A stretch of 44,533 nt of DNA from Paludibacteraceae bacterium (GCA_017478035.1 JAFVHA010000129.1:1-44533), one strand, 5' to 3'; positions 27,845 to 37,832 are shown, numbered from the stretch's first letter. Numbers and translations are program-made. The notes: generated by a model not told the origin, from the letters alone.

Positions 27845-27876
27845 CAAAGGTATAACTTTTTTTTGAATTATGCAAA
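27845..27876 (-). promoter_or_regulatory. Bacteroides-type promoter for the KilA-N gene
   Basis: - strand: TTTG N20 TACCTTTG with an A8 spacer. Confidence 0.65.
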
Positions 27877-28107
27877 TAAATCTCTCTTTTTTTCTCTATA
27901 CTACCTCAAAAACTCATCGTAGCCGCGAGGAAAACTATCAAAAGAACCAATCTCCCCGGCAGAAATGAAACTCTGCGGCCTTTGCGTATGCCAACCGCGA
28001 GTTAGCCAAACTCCGCTCTTTTGTTTCTTTTCTTTTTCTTTTTCTTTCTCCAGGGATGTCTGAAATAGGCAAGAAATAGAGGAATTTTGTGGAAAAATAA
28101 TCTTTCA

Positions 28108-28139
28108 TTTGCTCATTTCAAAAAAAAGTAGTACCTTTG
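28108..28139 (+). promoter_or_regulatory. Bacteroides-type promoter
   Basis: TTTG N20 TACCTTTG. A 5' UTR hairpin ACTCGC-tttta-GCGAGT lies at 28141-28157. Confidence 0.7.
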
Positions 28140-28180
28140 CACTCGCTTTTAGCGAGTTTAAATTAATTAAATAAAGTACT

Positions 28181-29527
28181 ATGGAACAATTTGTACATTC
28201 GGCATGGTCGCTGATTCCGTTCGGACTCATGCTTCTGATGATTGCTATCGGTCCGCTGGTAGCAGAACACTGGTGGGAGAAGAACACCAACAAACTCATT
28301 GTTTCCCTCTTCCTCGGTGTACCGGTAGCGGTATGCCTGATTATGGGCGGAATGATGCACGAGTTGGAGCACCAGATCTTCTTCGACTACGTGCCGTTCA
28401 TCATCCTTCTGCTGGCGCTGTTTGTCATCACCGGCGGTATTCATTTCTCGGGTGACCTGAAAGCCAAGCCTTGGGTCAACACCGGTTTCTTGGGCTTGGG
28501 CTGGATATTAGCCTCTATCATGGGTACGACGGGAGCCGCAATGCTCCTCATCCGTCCGCTCATCGAGACCAACAAACAGCGTGAATACAAGGTTCACACC
28601 ATCCTTTTCTTCATCGCTCTGGTAGCCAACTGCGGCGGTCTACTGACCCCGCTGGGAGACCCACCCTTGTTCATGCTCTTCCTCCGCGGCGCACATTTCT
28701 CCTGGTTTATGCACTTGGCACCTGAATGGGCCGTAACAGGAATTATCCTGCTTGCTATTTACTACGCTTTGGATAGCTATTACTACAAGAAAGAGCACTG
28801 GACTTCCCTTTCTGCCGATGCACGTGAGGCTACCCCGCTGGTAATGAAAGGTACTATCAATTTCGTATATCTGTTAGGCGTAGTGCTGGCAGTGGCTTTT
28901 GTGAACGAAGGAACCATCAAGCAGATGGGTGAAGCAGACGCTCCGCTGTGGCTCAAATACCTGCGTGAGATAGTGCTGCTCTCGCTCACAGGTCTCTCGC
29001 TCTACACGACCAAGAAAGAGGTGCGTTATGACGACAACAAGTTCAGCTGGACTCCGATAGTAGAGGTTGCTGTTCTGTTCCTCGGAATCTTCACGACGAT
29101 GACCCCTGCCCTCGCCTATCTGAAGGCGCACGCAGCCGACCTCGGTTTCACCCACGCATGGCAGTTCTATTACTCGACCGGTGCGCTCTCTGCGTTCCTC
29201 GATAACACGCCGACAGCGGTTGCATTCCACGGTGTAGCTTCCGGTCTGCCGGAATCGCTTGCTGCCGCTCAAGCCGGTGTCGTAACAGGCATGTTCGAAG
29301 GTACGCCTTTCGTAGCCGGTATTCCGGAGATACTGCTCAAAGCCATCTCCATCGCGGCTGTGATGTTCGGCTCACTGACCTATATCGGCAACGGACCTAA
29401 CTTCATGGTGAAAGCTATCGCAGAGGAAAGCGGAATCAAGATGCCATCGTTCTTCGGATATATGATTAAGTTCAGCTTGATCATCCTCCTGCCGGTTTAC
29501 ATCATTGTTCAACTGCTTTTCATCTAA
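28181..29527 (+). CDS. ArsB/NhaD/CitMHS-superfamily ion transporter (putative Na+/H+ antiporter)
   Basis: About 11-12 TM segments and a general resemblance to the family. Substrate not inferable. Confidence 0.65.
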   Translation: MEQFVHSAWSLIPFGLMLLMIAIGPLVAEHWWEKNTNKLIVSLFLGVPVAVCLIMGGMMHELEHQIFFDYVPFIILLLALFVITGGIHFSGDLKAKPWVNTGFLGLGWILASIMGTTGAAMLLIRPLIETNKQREYKVHTILFFIALVANCGGLLTPLGDPPLFMLFLRGAHFSWFMHLAPEWAVTGIILLAIYYALDSYYYKKEHWTSLSADAREATPLVMKGTINFVYLLGVVLAVAFVNEGTIKQMGEADAPLWLKYLREIVLLSLTGLSLYTTKKEVRYDDNKFSWTPIVEVAVLFLGIFTTMTPALAYLKAHAADLGFTHAWQFYYSTGALSAFLDNTPTAVAFHGVASGLPESLAAAQAGVVTGMFEGTPFVAGIPEILLKAISIAAVMFGSLTYIGNGPNFMVKAIAEESGIKMPSFFGYMIKFSLIILLPVYIIVQLLFI

Positions 29528-30180
29528 TGACATTTGTTGATAATATTATCGCGTGGTACTCGGCGCATATGAACTATGCGTCGATTACTGCGCTGATGGC
29601 GGTAGAGAGTTCGTTCATTCCCTTCCCGAGCGAAGTGGTCATTCCTCCCGCCGCGTTTGTGGCGGGTCAACCGGAGAGTGTGCTATGCGCCACGGGCAAC
29701 TATACGGTGGACGTATTGATCATCGTGCTTTTCGGAACGTTGGGAGCGATGATCGGCGCCATCATCAACTACGGCCTGTCCGTATGGCTCGGACGACTCA
29801 TCATCTATAAGTTCGCGGACAGCAAAGTGGGGCATATGTGCCTGTTGTCGAGCGAGAAATTGGAGAAAGCGGAGGCCTATTTCCGCGAGAAAGGTAACGT
29901 ATCCACGTTTATTGGTCGTTTCATCCCCGGCATACGCCAGTTGATTTCCATTCCAGCGGGTCTGAGCCGCATGCATTTCGGTGCCTTCCTATGGTGGACG
30001 TTCCTCGGGGCGTTTATATGGAACTGTATTCTTGCCGCACTGGGTTACGTAGCCGCCGGACAAATGGACCGTATCAAAGAATACAGCCACGAACTAAGCG
30101 TGGCTATACTCGTGCTATTCGGTTTGGTAGTCGTTTACTTCGTCGTAAAACGGTTTGTCTTTAAGAAAGCCAAGAGTTGA
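29527..30180 (+). CDS. DedA-family membrane protein
   Basis: VESSFIPFPSEVV and FIGRFIPGIR motifs. Confidence 0.85.
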   Translation: MTFVDNIIAWYSAHMNYASITALMAVESSFIPFPSEVVIPPAAFVAGQPESVLCATGNYTVDVLIIVLFGTLGAMIGAIINYGLSVWLGRLIIYKFADSKVGHMCLLSSEKLEKAEAYFREKGNVSTFIGRFIPGIRQLISIPAGLSRMHFGAFLWWTFLGAFIWNCILAALGYVAAGQMDRIKEYSHELSVAILVLFGLVVVYFVVKRFVFKKAKS

Positions 30181-30199
30181 GATTTGAGAGATGAAAGAG

Positions 30200-31147
30200 T
30201 TAAGCCTTCAGCCATTCGCTGAGGGCTTTTCTTTTGTCAATCAGTTCGGCGATAAGGCAGCCTCCTATCCATCCCATCAGGAAGAAGAGGAACACAAACA
30301 GTTTGCGCCCGTGCAAGGGCTTGGGGTCCACAGCGAAATGGTTCTCGAGCGTGACAGGCGCAGTAGCCAGTTGCAAGCGATAATCCCAGCGCTGTAGGTG
30401 AGCCTGCTGCTCGTAGATATCCTTAAGGAAGAGCTGTATCTCGCGGTCGCCGTAGAAATTGACACCGTTCCCGTTGTACGCCATCGGTTTGGCCGGCGAG
30501 GCGGGATAGAAATAATAGCAACTGGTAAGGCTGTCGAGTTTGAGGGCCTGGGCATGGTTGAACGCCACTTCCGCCCGCAGGTTACGGAGATAGGACACAT
30601 AGGCCTGCTGCATAGCCGGATTCGCATTGAGGGTGACCATGAGAGCGTGCTCGATCTCGGGCAACAAGTGCATGTCGCGCGTCTTGATGCGGAACTGCAG
30701 ACAAAGGCGGTCCTGCATCTGAACGTTCGTCGTATCCGTAGGCTGGATCTTACGCTTGAAATCAATGAAATCCGCCGTCTCGTCATGCAGACAGTCGATG
30801 ACGCGGAAGGAGTCAAAACGGCGTGCCACCTTGCCGACAAACGGCGTGATCGGCGCTTCCGGCGGTAACATCAGCCCCGAGCGCAAAGGTGTATAGGCCT
30901 GCTCGAACTGCTGGATAGTAGGTCCGTTGAGCAATGCCACAGCGTTCACTTTGAACGTACGGTTCTCCAGACGGGTATAGTATAAAGCCGCCGCCACCGC
31001 GAGGAGGGTGAGGGTGAGCACGATCCACCAGTATTTATACGTCAGGCGGATCATCCGCTCTATCACGCGCCAAACGGCCAGACAACAACGACCTATCGCT
31101 CGGCCACATGCGGCGCAGAGGTCAAAGAAATTCATTTCGTGAGCCAT
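30200..31147 (-). CDS. bitopic membrane protein, TM - large loop - TM (polysaccharide co-polymerase-like topology)
   Basis: TM segments near residues 40-60 and 290-310. Last gene of the fts unit. No family recognised. Confidence 0.5.
   Translation of the reverse strand: MAHEMNFFDLCAACGRAIGRCCLAVWRVIERMIRLTYKYWWIVLTLTLLAVAAALYYTRLENRTFKVNAVALLNGPTIQQFEQAYTPLRSGLMLPPEAPITPFVGKVARRFDSFRVIDCLHDETADFIDFKRKIQPTDTTNVQMQDRLCLQFRIKTRDMHLLPEIEHALMVTLNANPAMQQAYVSYLRNLRAEVAFNHAQALKLDSLTSCYYFYPASPAKPMAYNGNGVNFYGDREIQLFLKDIYEQQAHLQRWDYRLQLATAPVTLENHFAVDPKPLHGRKLFVFLFFLMGWIGGCLIAELIDKRKALSEWLKA
30202..30235 (+). terminator. rho-independent terminator of the transporter-dedA unit, embedded in the 3' end of the convergent CDS
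   Basis: AAGCCTTCAGC-cattc-GCTGAGGGCTT followed by TTCTTTT. Confidence 0.65.
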
Positions 31148-31148
31148 A

Positions 31149-31188
31149 AAAAGTATTCAGTGTTCAGTTTTCAGTATTCAGTTATTTT
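31149..31188. repeat. tandem 7-nt word TTCAGT[AGT]
   Basis: AAAAGTATTCAGTGTTCAGTTTTCAGTATTCAGTTATTTT. On the - strand TGA recurs every 7 nt. Confidence 0.9.
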
Positions 31189-32423
31189 CTTCTAATCCAT
31201 CCGAAGGGTCGGTGTTCCTCTTTCTCGGGTTCCTTCGTTTCGTCTTCAACGGTGATAACTACCTCCTCGGCAGACGTGGAAGCCGCCCGTTCGCGGGGTT
31301 GCTGCGGTTGCTCCAAGCCTTCGGCGAAAAGGGTCTCGCTCAGGTCGATGAGTTGTGCTTTCTCGTCCTCCATCGGCTTGGTGGTCTGCGGCGGGTAATT
31401 GGCATCGATGGCCTCCGCAATCGTCTTCTTGCCTTCCTCTTCTTCCTCGGAGGGCAGTCCGTCCACCTTGTATCCGGTAGCGATGACGGTTACGCGCACT
31501 TCTTCACCTAATGACTCGTCGATCGATGCTCCCCATTGTACCTCGATATCGTCGCCCACCTCCTGTACGAAATCATTGATCTGGTCGATCTCTTCCATGA
31601 CGATGGCATGCTCCGTGGAGCAATAGAACTGCAGCAGGATACGCTCGGCACCATGCACATCGTTGGTGTTGACGAGCGGAGAGTTGAGGGCATCGTTGAT
31701 GGCGTTGGTGATACGTTTTTCCCCTTTCGCACGGCCGATATTCATGATCGCCACCCCACCCTTACGGAGCGTATTGCGCACGTCGGCGAAGTCGGTGTTG
31801 ATATATCCGGGCACGGTGATGATCTCCGAGATAGCGCGGGCTGCGTTCGCCACCACGTCATCGGACTTGCTGAACGCATTGAGCAGGTTCAGCTCCGGGT
31901 ATATCTGTTTGAGTTTCTCGTTATTGATGATGAGCAGCGCGTCCACATGCTTCGCCAGACGGGCGACACCGGTCATCGCTTTCTCTATCTTTTTCTTTCC
32001 TTCAAAAGCAAAGGGTATGGTCACGATACCTACGGTAAGAATCCCCATCTCCTGCGCCACTTCCGCCACGATGGACGATGCGCCGGTTCCTGTACCGCCA
32101 CCCATTCCGGCGGTGATGAACAACATCTGGGTACCGTCATTGAGCGCCTCGCGGATATGGTCACGACTCTCCTCCGCGTACTGACGTGCGGTCTCGGGAT
32201 CACCACCGGCACCCAAGCCCGGTCCTAACTGCAACTTGCTCGGCACAGAGGATTTGATGAGCACCTGCCGATCGGTGTTACAAACGAGGAAAGAGACGTC
32301 TTTGAGTCCCTGACGATGCATGTAATTGACGGCATTGCAACCACCGCCACCTACGCCTATCACTTTGATAATACTGTCTTCCGTTAATCCTTCTAACGGC
32401 AATGTCAATAATTCTTCGTCCAT
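31182..32423 (-). CDS. ftsZ: cell division protein FtsZ
   Basis: GVGGGGCNAV and GMGGGTGTGA tubulin signature. Confidence 0.97.
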   Translation of the reverse strand: MDEELLTLPLEGLTEDSIIKVIGVGGGGCNAVNYMHRQGLKDVSFLVCNTDRQVLIKSSVPSKLQLGPGLGAGGDPETARQYAEESRDHIREALNDGTQMLFITAGMGGGTGTGASSIVAEVAQEMGILTVGIVTIPFAFEGKKKIEKAMTGVARLAKHVDALLIINNEKLKQIYPELNLLNAFSKSDDVVANAARAISEIITVPGYINTDFADVRNTLRKGGVAIMNIGRAKGEKRITNAINDALNSPLVNTNDVHGAERILLQFYCSTEHAIVMEEIDQINDFVQEVGDDIEVQWGASIDESLGEEVRVTVIATGYKVDGLPSEEEEEGKKTIAEAIDANYPPQTTKPMEDEKAQLIDLSETLFAEGLEQPQQPRERAASTSAEEVVITVEDETKEPEKEEHRPFGWIRRK

Positions 32424-32424
32424 A

Positions 32425-33708
32425 TTATTGTTGATCTATAAACATATCCAATGTGGTTTCCCGGAAGCGGTCCAGGAAGCCGGGTTTCTGCACCAATTGA
32501 TTCTTATGACTATCGCGATAGTCCTGTCCGAGGAGGATGGTGCCTACCAGAGAGGTGTATTGCGGCGAGAGGTATTTCTCTTCCGTATCGCGGTGAAGCA
32601 GCAGGTTATGCGCGCCGTACTGCACATGTACGCGGGTGAGGCTCTGGATGTAATCCGCCAAGCCTTGCAGCATACTGCCGCCGCCGGTGATATAGAGGGT
32701 GGTGATACGGTCGTCCACTTTCTGAATCTCCTCCATCAGGGGCGAGAGAATCTCCTGCAGTTTGATTTCGATGGCCTCCGCCAGTTCGGTGGATGAGATA
32801 ATCATATCTCCGCCTATCTCGGGCGCCGCCGGAACACGCATCCGGACGTTCTTGGTCACGAAAGCCGGCGCGGCACATCCGTATTTGCATTTGAGCACCT
32901 CGGCGGTATTAAAACTCATGCCTTGCTGCTCCAACATACGCGTGATATGATATCCGCCCTTCGGCACCACTTTGTTAAGCAAGTACTGCCCGCCTTTATA
33001 GACGGTGAGGCTGGTGGTCTGTGCGCCGAAATCGAGTACGGCACAACCGTTCATCAACACATGGTTGCCGTCACAAGTAGCAAAAGTGGACAAGAGACAT
33101 TCCGGACGCACGAAAGCGTGCTCAATGCTACGCGCAGCCTGAGAGAACGATTTCTGCAGTTGGGTATCGAGTGCCTTGCGGCCGTAGAAAGCGATATAAT
33201 GTGCTTCCACGAGTGCGGCGCGTTGCTCGGGAGAAGGCATCTCATCCTGCTCCACCCCGTCCAGTTTGAAGAAACTCGGCACGAGACCCAAGACCGCCAC
33301 CTCGGGGTTGCGAAGTTCGATCTTCTCTTTGCATTCGCGCTCCATCTCATCCAGCAGTTCCTGACTGATCTCTTTGCGCCTTGCCTGGTCGCGTTTCGAA
33401 TGGACGGCCACTATCTGCATGGACTGTCCACCGACGCAGACAAAAGCCGTAGGCAGTTCGTCTATGCCGATACGGTTCGCCAGCAGTTTGAGCACTTCGG
33501 CGATGACATAACCGGCGTTACTCGACTGCGTGATGATACCTTGCTCGACACAAATGTTTCCCAATTTCTGTGGACGTTCTTCCACCCCGAGAATCTGAAA
33601 CAGATCGGGTGCCATCCGCCGTGCCGCCAATGCGCGGACACTACCGCTTCCCAGGTCCAATGCCACTAATGGGAGCGAGTCGGCTGTTTGTGGTTGTTTT
33701 CTTGCCAT
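32425..33708 (-). CDS. ftsA: cell division protein FtsA
   Basis: Actin-like ATPase (LDLGSG, DFGAQTT, ITGGGS) immediately upstream of ftsZ. Confidence 0.93.
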   Translation of the reverse strand: MARKQPQTADSLPLVALDLGSGSVRALAARRMAPDLFQILGVEERPQKLGNICVEQGIITQSSNAGYVIAEVLKLLANRIGIDELPTAFVCVGGQSMQIVAVHSKRDQARRKEISQELLDEMERECKEKIELRNPEVAVLGLVPSFFKLDGVEQDEMPSPEQRAALVEAHYIAFYGRKALDTQLQKSFSQAARSIEHAFVRPECLLSTFATCDGNHVLMNGCAVLDFGAQTTSLTVYKGGQYLLNKVVPKGGYHITRMLEQQGMSFNTAEVLKCKYGCAAPAFVTKNVRMRVPAAPEIGGDMIISSTELAEAIEIKLQEILSPLMEEIQKVDDRITTLYITGGGSMLQGLADYIQSLTRVHVQYGAHNLLLHRDTEEKYLSPQYTSLVGTILLGQDYRDSHKNQLVQKPGFLDRFRETTLDMFIDQQ

Positions 33709-33726
33709 TGTTGTAAAGGTTTTAGG

Positions 33727-34479
33727 TTATAAGTTGGGGTTTCGCCCGATGACCTGTCCGTGAAAACGGAGGTCCAGTTCGGTATAATGTTTGTCTTTGA
33801 TCGCCTGGGCGCTGTTCTCCATGAATAGCTGCAGTTTGGCCAGTTTACGTTCGTATCCTTTGACGGTTCCGAGGACGATGCAGGGCGTATTCTCTCCGCG
33901 CAGATGGATATGAATCATGGCCGGTGAGAGTACCTGTATATAGCGTATCCGTTTCTGCCAATAGGGTTCGTCTTGCAGCCACAAGGCAAAGTCCGCCAGC
34001 GGTCCTGAAGCCATATGAATGCCCACCGTTCCGCGAACCATCAGCACACTGTCTTTCACCGCCGCACGAACCGGCATCACGCGTCGGTCGCGATCAATGA
34101 AATAGGTCTCGGCGCCCGTCTGCACGCGCAACAAAGGAACGCGTTGCGTGATTCGGATTCGCACCTCATTACGGGGCGTGAGATAACACTCGGCCGTCCG
34201 GACCATCGGATGATTCGTGATCGTCCGCTCCATACGGGAGAGGGATATATTATCCAAGTTCTTACCCACCGGGTAAATATCTTCGGCTTTCAGCAGTTGG
34301 GTCAGTTCGTTCTCGGTGAGGTACATACGCTCGTTCCGGTCCTCAATGATATACCGCATCGAAGTGCACGGCACGGAAGACGGCGTCATCCGAAAGCCCC
34401 ATACCACCGCGGTGACGAGCAGCGAGCCCATGATCACGATGCCTATCGTTTTCCATACTATGTTAGCGGTATGACTCAT
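33727..34479 (-). CDS. ftsQ: cell division protein FtsQ
   Basis: N-terminal TM segment plus a POTRA-like region. Sits between murC and ftsA. Confidence 0.8.
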   Translation of the reverse strand: MSHTANIVWKTIGIVIMGSLLVTAVVWGFRMTPSSVPCTSMRYIIEDRNERMYLTENELTQLLKAEDIYPVGKNLDNISLSRMERTITNHPMVRTAECYLTPRNEVRIRITQRVPLLRVQTGAETYFIDRDRRVMPVRAAVKDSVLMVRGTVGIHMASGPLADFALWLQDEPYWQKRIRYIQVLSPAMIHIHLRGENTPCIVLGTVKGYERKLAKLQLFMENSAQAIKDKHYTELDLRFHGQVIGRNPNL

Positions 34480-35858
34480 GACAAAGCGTTGGTTATATCG
34501 GGTACAAGACGGTCAATATCTCCGGCTCCGACCGTCAGTATGACAACCGGTTCCTTACTTTGTGCGGCGCGCTCCTGGAGGTATTGCACCAGGTCTTTTT
34601 TCTCCATCACCCGTCCTCCAAGCATCTCACTGGTCACGCCCGGAATCGGTTTCTCGCGCGCCGGATAGATAGGCAGCAGGACGCACTCGTCGAGCGTGCC
34701 CAACACCGTTTTGAAACCCTCCGCGAAATCACGCGTACGGGTGTACAGATGGGGTTGGAAGACTCCTATCAGACGACGTTCCGGGAACAGTTTACGAATC
34801 GAGCGAATGGCCGTTTCTATCTCCTGCGGATGGTGCGCATAATCATCGATATACGCCACTTTTGGTGTGTTTACGTGGATGTTAAACCGGCGCCAGACAC
34901 CTTTGAAAGTGGAGAGTTGAGCGTTGAGAGTTGAAAGGTCTGCGCCTACCACATACGCCACGGCAAGCGCGGCTACCGCGTTTTCTATATTCACCCATAC
35001 GGGTACACCCAGTTGCAGGTTCTGTATCGTCCCGCTCGGCGTATGGAAATCGAAGTATATCTGTCCTTCTTTCACACGGATGTTATCCGCGTAGAAATCG
35101 GGCAGTCCATTGTCTGTTGTCCCTTGCCCATTGTCCATTACACCATAGGTGTACAGCTTCACGCCCGACTGCAAACGGGGCTTCAGTTCGATTCCGTGTT
35201 TCATGACCAGCGCACCGGTGATAAGACTCGTATAATGCGCAAAAGCATCCCGATACGCCTCCGGCGTGCCGTATATATCCAGATGGTCCGCATCGACGGC
35301 CGTCACCACGGAGATGAACGGCGTCAGATGATGGAACGAACGGTCATACTCATCCGCCTCCACTACCACGTACTCGCTCTCCGGCGCAATCAGCACGTTC
35401 GTATGATAATTCATACTGATACCGCCCAGGAAAGCGTTCACGGGATGTAACAGGTGGGCAATCATCGTACTGGTGGTCGTCTTGCCATGCGTGCCCGCCA
35501 CGCACAACGCTTTCTTCTGCCGCGTCACCAGACCCAAGACCTCTGCGCGCTTGCGGATGTCATAGCCCTGTTCACGCAGGTAGGTATAGAGACGGCTGTC
35601 GTCCGGCACGGCAGGCGTACGGACCACCAATGTATTGGTGGGATTGATGATGGATGATGGATGATTGATGATTTCGGGGTCGTCCTCATACGTAACGGCA
35701 ATCCCTTCGGCTTCCAACTCACGGGTCAGGTCTGACGGCGTGCGGTCATACCCCGCCACCGAATATCCGTCATGATGAAAATAACGAGCCAAGGCACTCA
35801 TACCTATGCCGCCGATACCTAAAAAAAAGATATTTCGTATGTCCTCCTGAGGAATCAT
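34476..35858 (-). CDS. murC: UDP-N-acetylmuramate--L-alanine ligase
   Basis: GIGGIGMSALA and GTHGKTTT motifs. Start at ATG 35858, downstream of the promoter. Confidence 0.95.
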   Translation of the reverse strand: MIPQEDIRNIFFLGIGGIGMSALARYFHHDGYSVAGYDRTPSDLTRELEAEGIAVTYEDDPEIINHPSSIINPTNTLVVRTPAVPDDSRLYTYLREQGYDIRKRAEVLGLVTRQKKALCVAGTHGKTTTSTMIAHLLHPVNAFLGGISMNYHTNVLIAPESEYVVVEADEYDRSFHHLTPFISVVTAVDADHLDIYGTPEAYRDAFAHYTSLITGALVMKHGIELKPRLQSGVKLYTYGVMDNGQGTTDNGLPDFYADNIRVKEGQIYFDFHTPSGTIQNLQLGVPVWVNIENAVAALAVAYVVGADLSTLNAQLSTFKGVWRRFNIHVNTPKVAYIDDYAHHPQEIETAIRSIRKLFPERRLIGVFQPHLYTRTRDFAEGFKTVLGTLDECVLLPIYPAREKPIPGVTSEMLGGRVMEKKDLVQYLQERAAQSKEPVVILTVGAGDIDRLVPDITNALS

Positions 35859-35883
35859 GAAACGCTTTCTTGCAAATCGGCTG

Positions 35884-35931
35884 CAAAGATACGAAAAAAT
35901 TTGCATATGTGCAAGAATTTTTGTAATTTTG
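35884..35931. promoter_or_regulatory. back-to-back divergent promoters (murC on -, queH on +)
   Basis: - strand: CTTG (35912-35915) N20 TATCTTTG (35884-35891). + strand: TTTG (35900-35903) N20 TAATTTTG (35924-35931). Core is TTTGCATATGTGCAAG. Confidence 0.75.
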
Positions 35932-35962
35932 CGGCGGTTTTTTAGAACAGCATTGATCAGAT

Positions 35963-36601
35963 ATGTCCAAACAATCCGCCATCATTGTCCCCGAAGGATG
36001 TGAAACCGTCCTGCTGCATGCCTGCTGCGCGCCCTGCTCAAGTGCCATAGTCGAATGGATGTTAGCGCATGGCATCACGCCGGTTATATACTATTTCAAT
36101 CCGAATATTTACCCGTTTGAAGAGTACGAGAAACGCAAGAACGAGTCCAAACGTCATGCGGAGAGTCTGGGTATTCAGTGGATTGACGATGACTATGCGC
36201 ATGAAATATGGCTGCACAGCGTACGTGGTCTGGAGAACGAACCGGAGAGGGGCAAGCGGTGCGAGGAGTGTTTCTATCACCGGCTGTTTGCCACGGCGCG
36301 CAAGGCGCAGGAAATGGATATCCCGTTTTTTGCCACTACCCTCGCCTCGTCCCGATGGAAGAACTTGGAGCAGATCAACGCGGCGGGACTCAAAGCGGAA
36401 GAGATGGTGAACCGTTATCCGGCGGACAGTGTGGTGCGCGAACCAGTGCATTTCTGGGCGCAGAACTGGAGAAAGGACGGATTACAGGAACGAAGAAATC
36501 AAATCCTCAAAGAATATGACTTTTACAATCAGACGTATTGCGGCTGCGAGTTTAGTATGCGTGGCGCTATGCGCGAAGACGTTTGCCCTGCCTCATTATG
36601 A
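35963..36601 (+). CDS. queH: epoxyqueuosine reductase QueH (DUF208)
   Basis: LHACCAPC, KRCEECF and YCGCEFS cysteine motifs. Confidence 0.88.
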   Translation: MSKQSAIIVPEGCETVLLHACCAPCSSAIVEWMLAHGITPVIYYFNPNIYPFEEYEKRKNESKRHAESLGIQWIDDDYAHEIWLHSVRGLENEPERGKRCEECFYHRLFATARKAQEMDIPFFATTLASSRWKNLEQINAAGLKAEEMVNRYPADSVVREPVHFWAQNWRKDGLQERRNQILKEYDFYNQTYCGCEFSMRGAMREDVCPASL

Positions 36602-37832
36602 GTTGGCATACCGGCTGAGCGGTGCGGGCGGGATGATGATGCCGGACGGTAAAGTGGACCAATGGATTCAGAGGCCTACCTTGGGAGCGCAGTTTGCGGT
36701 CGAGTTCCTTCCTACCGGAAGATGGCATTGTCTGCAGCAGTGGAACAACGCTTCCATCGGCGTCGGTGTGAGTTATCTGAACCTGGGGAACGACAAGATA
36801 TTAGGCTCTGCTTTTGCTGCTTACGGATACATGAACCAACCGTTCTATAACGGCAATCATTTCCGTATCGGCGTTCGTCCGAGTGTGGGTCTGGCGGCAG
36901 TGACGAAGACCTATTCCAACACGCTTCCCAAAGAATACAAGCCATACTCTATTGCACAAGGACCGGACAAGAAACTGGTGGCCAACTGGTCCATCGGTTC
37001 CATCCTGAACGCCTACCTGGCGATGGAACTGTATATGGATTTTCCGATCAAAGACGGATGGGAGATCACCCTTGCCGGAGGATGGCATCATATCAGTAAC
37101 GGCTCTTTCATGCACCCGAATGCGGGATATAATATCTTCGGAGGAGAACTGGGCGTCCGTTATCATCCGCTGAAAGATGATTATCAGACTCCCGAACCGG
37201 ATGTGCCAAAGAAATTGTACGACGGTGTAGATAAGAAATGGGCGGTGGAGATCAGTGCCACGGGCGGCGCCAAGCAGAATTACTACAAGGATAACATCAA
37301 CGGTCAGCGTTTCTTCGGCGTAGCAACTCTCAAAGCCGCCGCTTACTGGGTGCCGGTAAGTATCTTCCGAATCGGTGGCGGTATCGATGCTTTCTATGAC
37401 GGCTATTACGCCTGTGTGAACAACGAGTATGCCGTTACTAATCCCGACGCTCCGGTGACCTATTTCGGCAAGACATACCTCAAAGAAAGCAAGGTGGAGA
37501 ACTGTTTCCGCGTAGGTATCAGTATTCAGCCGGAGTTCATCATCGGTCATCTGACCGCCGGTATCCATGTGGGATTCTATGTGTTCGACCCTGTGAAGAA
37601 CTTAGAGCCGTATAACAAAGCAAAAGCGGCCGACGAGGCCGGCAATCCGCTGAAACGCGGCGTTTTCTACGGATATGATTTCTCGAAAGCCAGCAACTAC
37701 CAGGACGGTTGGTGTTACATGCAGTTTGTGATGAAATATCACGTATTGGATAACCTGTTCGTGCAGTTAGGTTTGAAGACGCACGGCGTCCGTGCCGAGT
37801 TCATTGATGCCGGTATCGGCGTGGCTTTCTGA
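36516..37832 (+). CDS. acyloxyacyl hydrolase (PagL-like lipid A deacylase family)
   Basis: Signal peptide at the ATG 36516 start, HHISNG catalytic-type motif, beta-barrel-like composition. Overlaps queH by 86 nt. Confidence 0.75.
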   Translation: MTFTIRRIAAASLVCVALCAKTFALPHYELAYRLSGAGGMMMPDGKVDQWIQRPTLGAQFAVEFLPTGRWHCLQQWNNASIGVGVSYLNLGNDKILGSAFAAYGYMNQPFYNGNHFRIGVRPSVGLAAVTKTYSNTLPKEYKPYSIAQGPDKKLVANWSIGSILNAYLAMELYMDFPIKDGWEITLAGGWHHISNGSFMHPNAGYNIFGGELGVRYHPLKDDYQTPEPDVPKKLYDGVDKKWAVEISATGGAKQNYYKDNINGQRFFGVATLKAAAYWVPVSIFRIGGGIDAFYDGYYACVNNEYAVTNPDAPVTYFGKTYLKESKVENCFRVGISIQPEFIIGHLTAGIHVGFYVFDPVKNLEPYNKAKAADEAGNPLKRGVFYGYDFSKASNYQDGWCYMQFVMKYHVLDNLFVQLGLKTHGVRAEFIDAGIGVAF

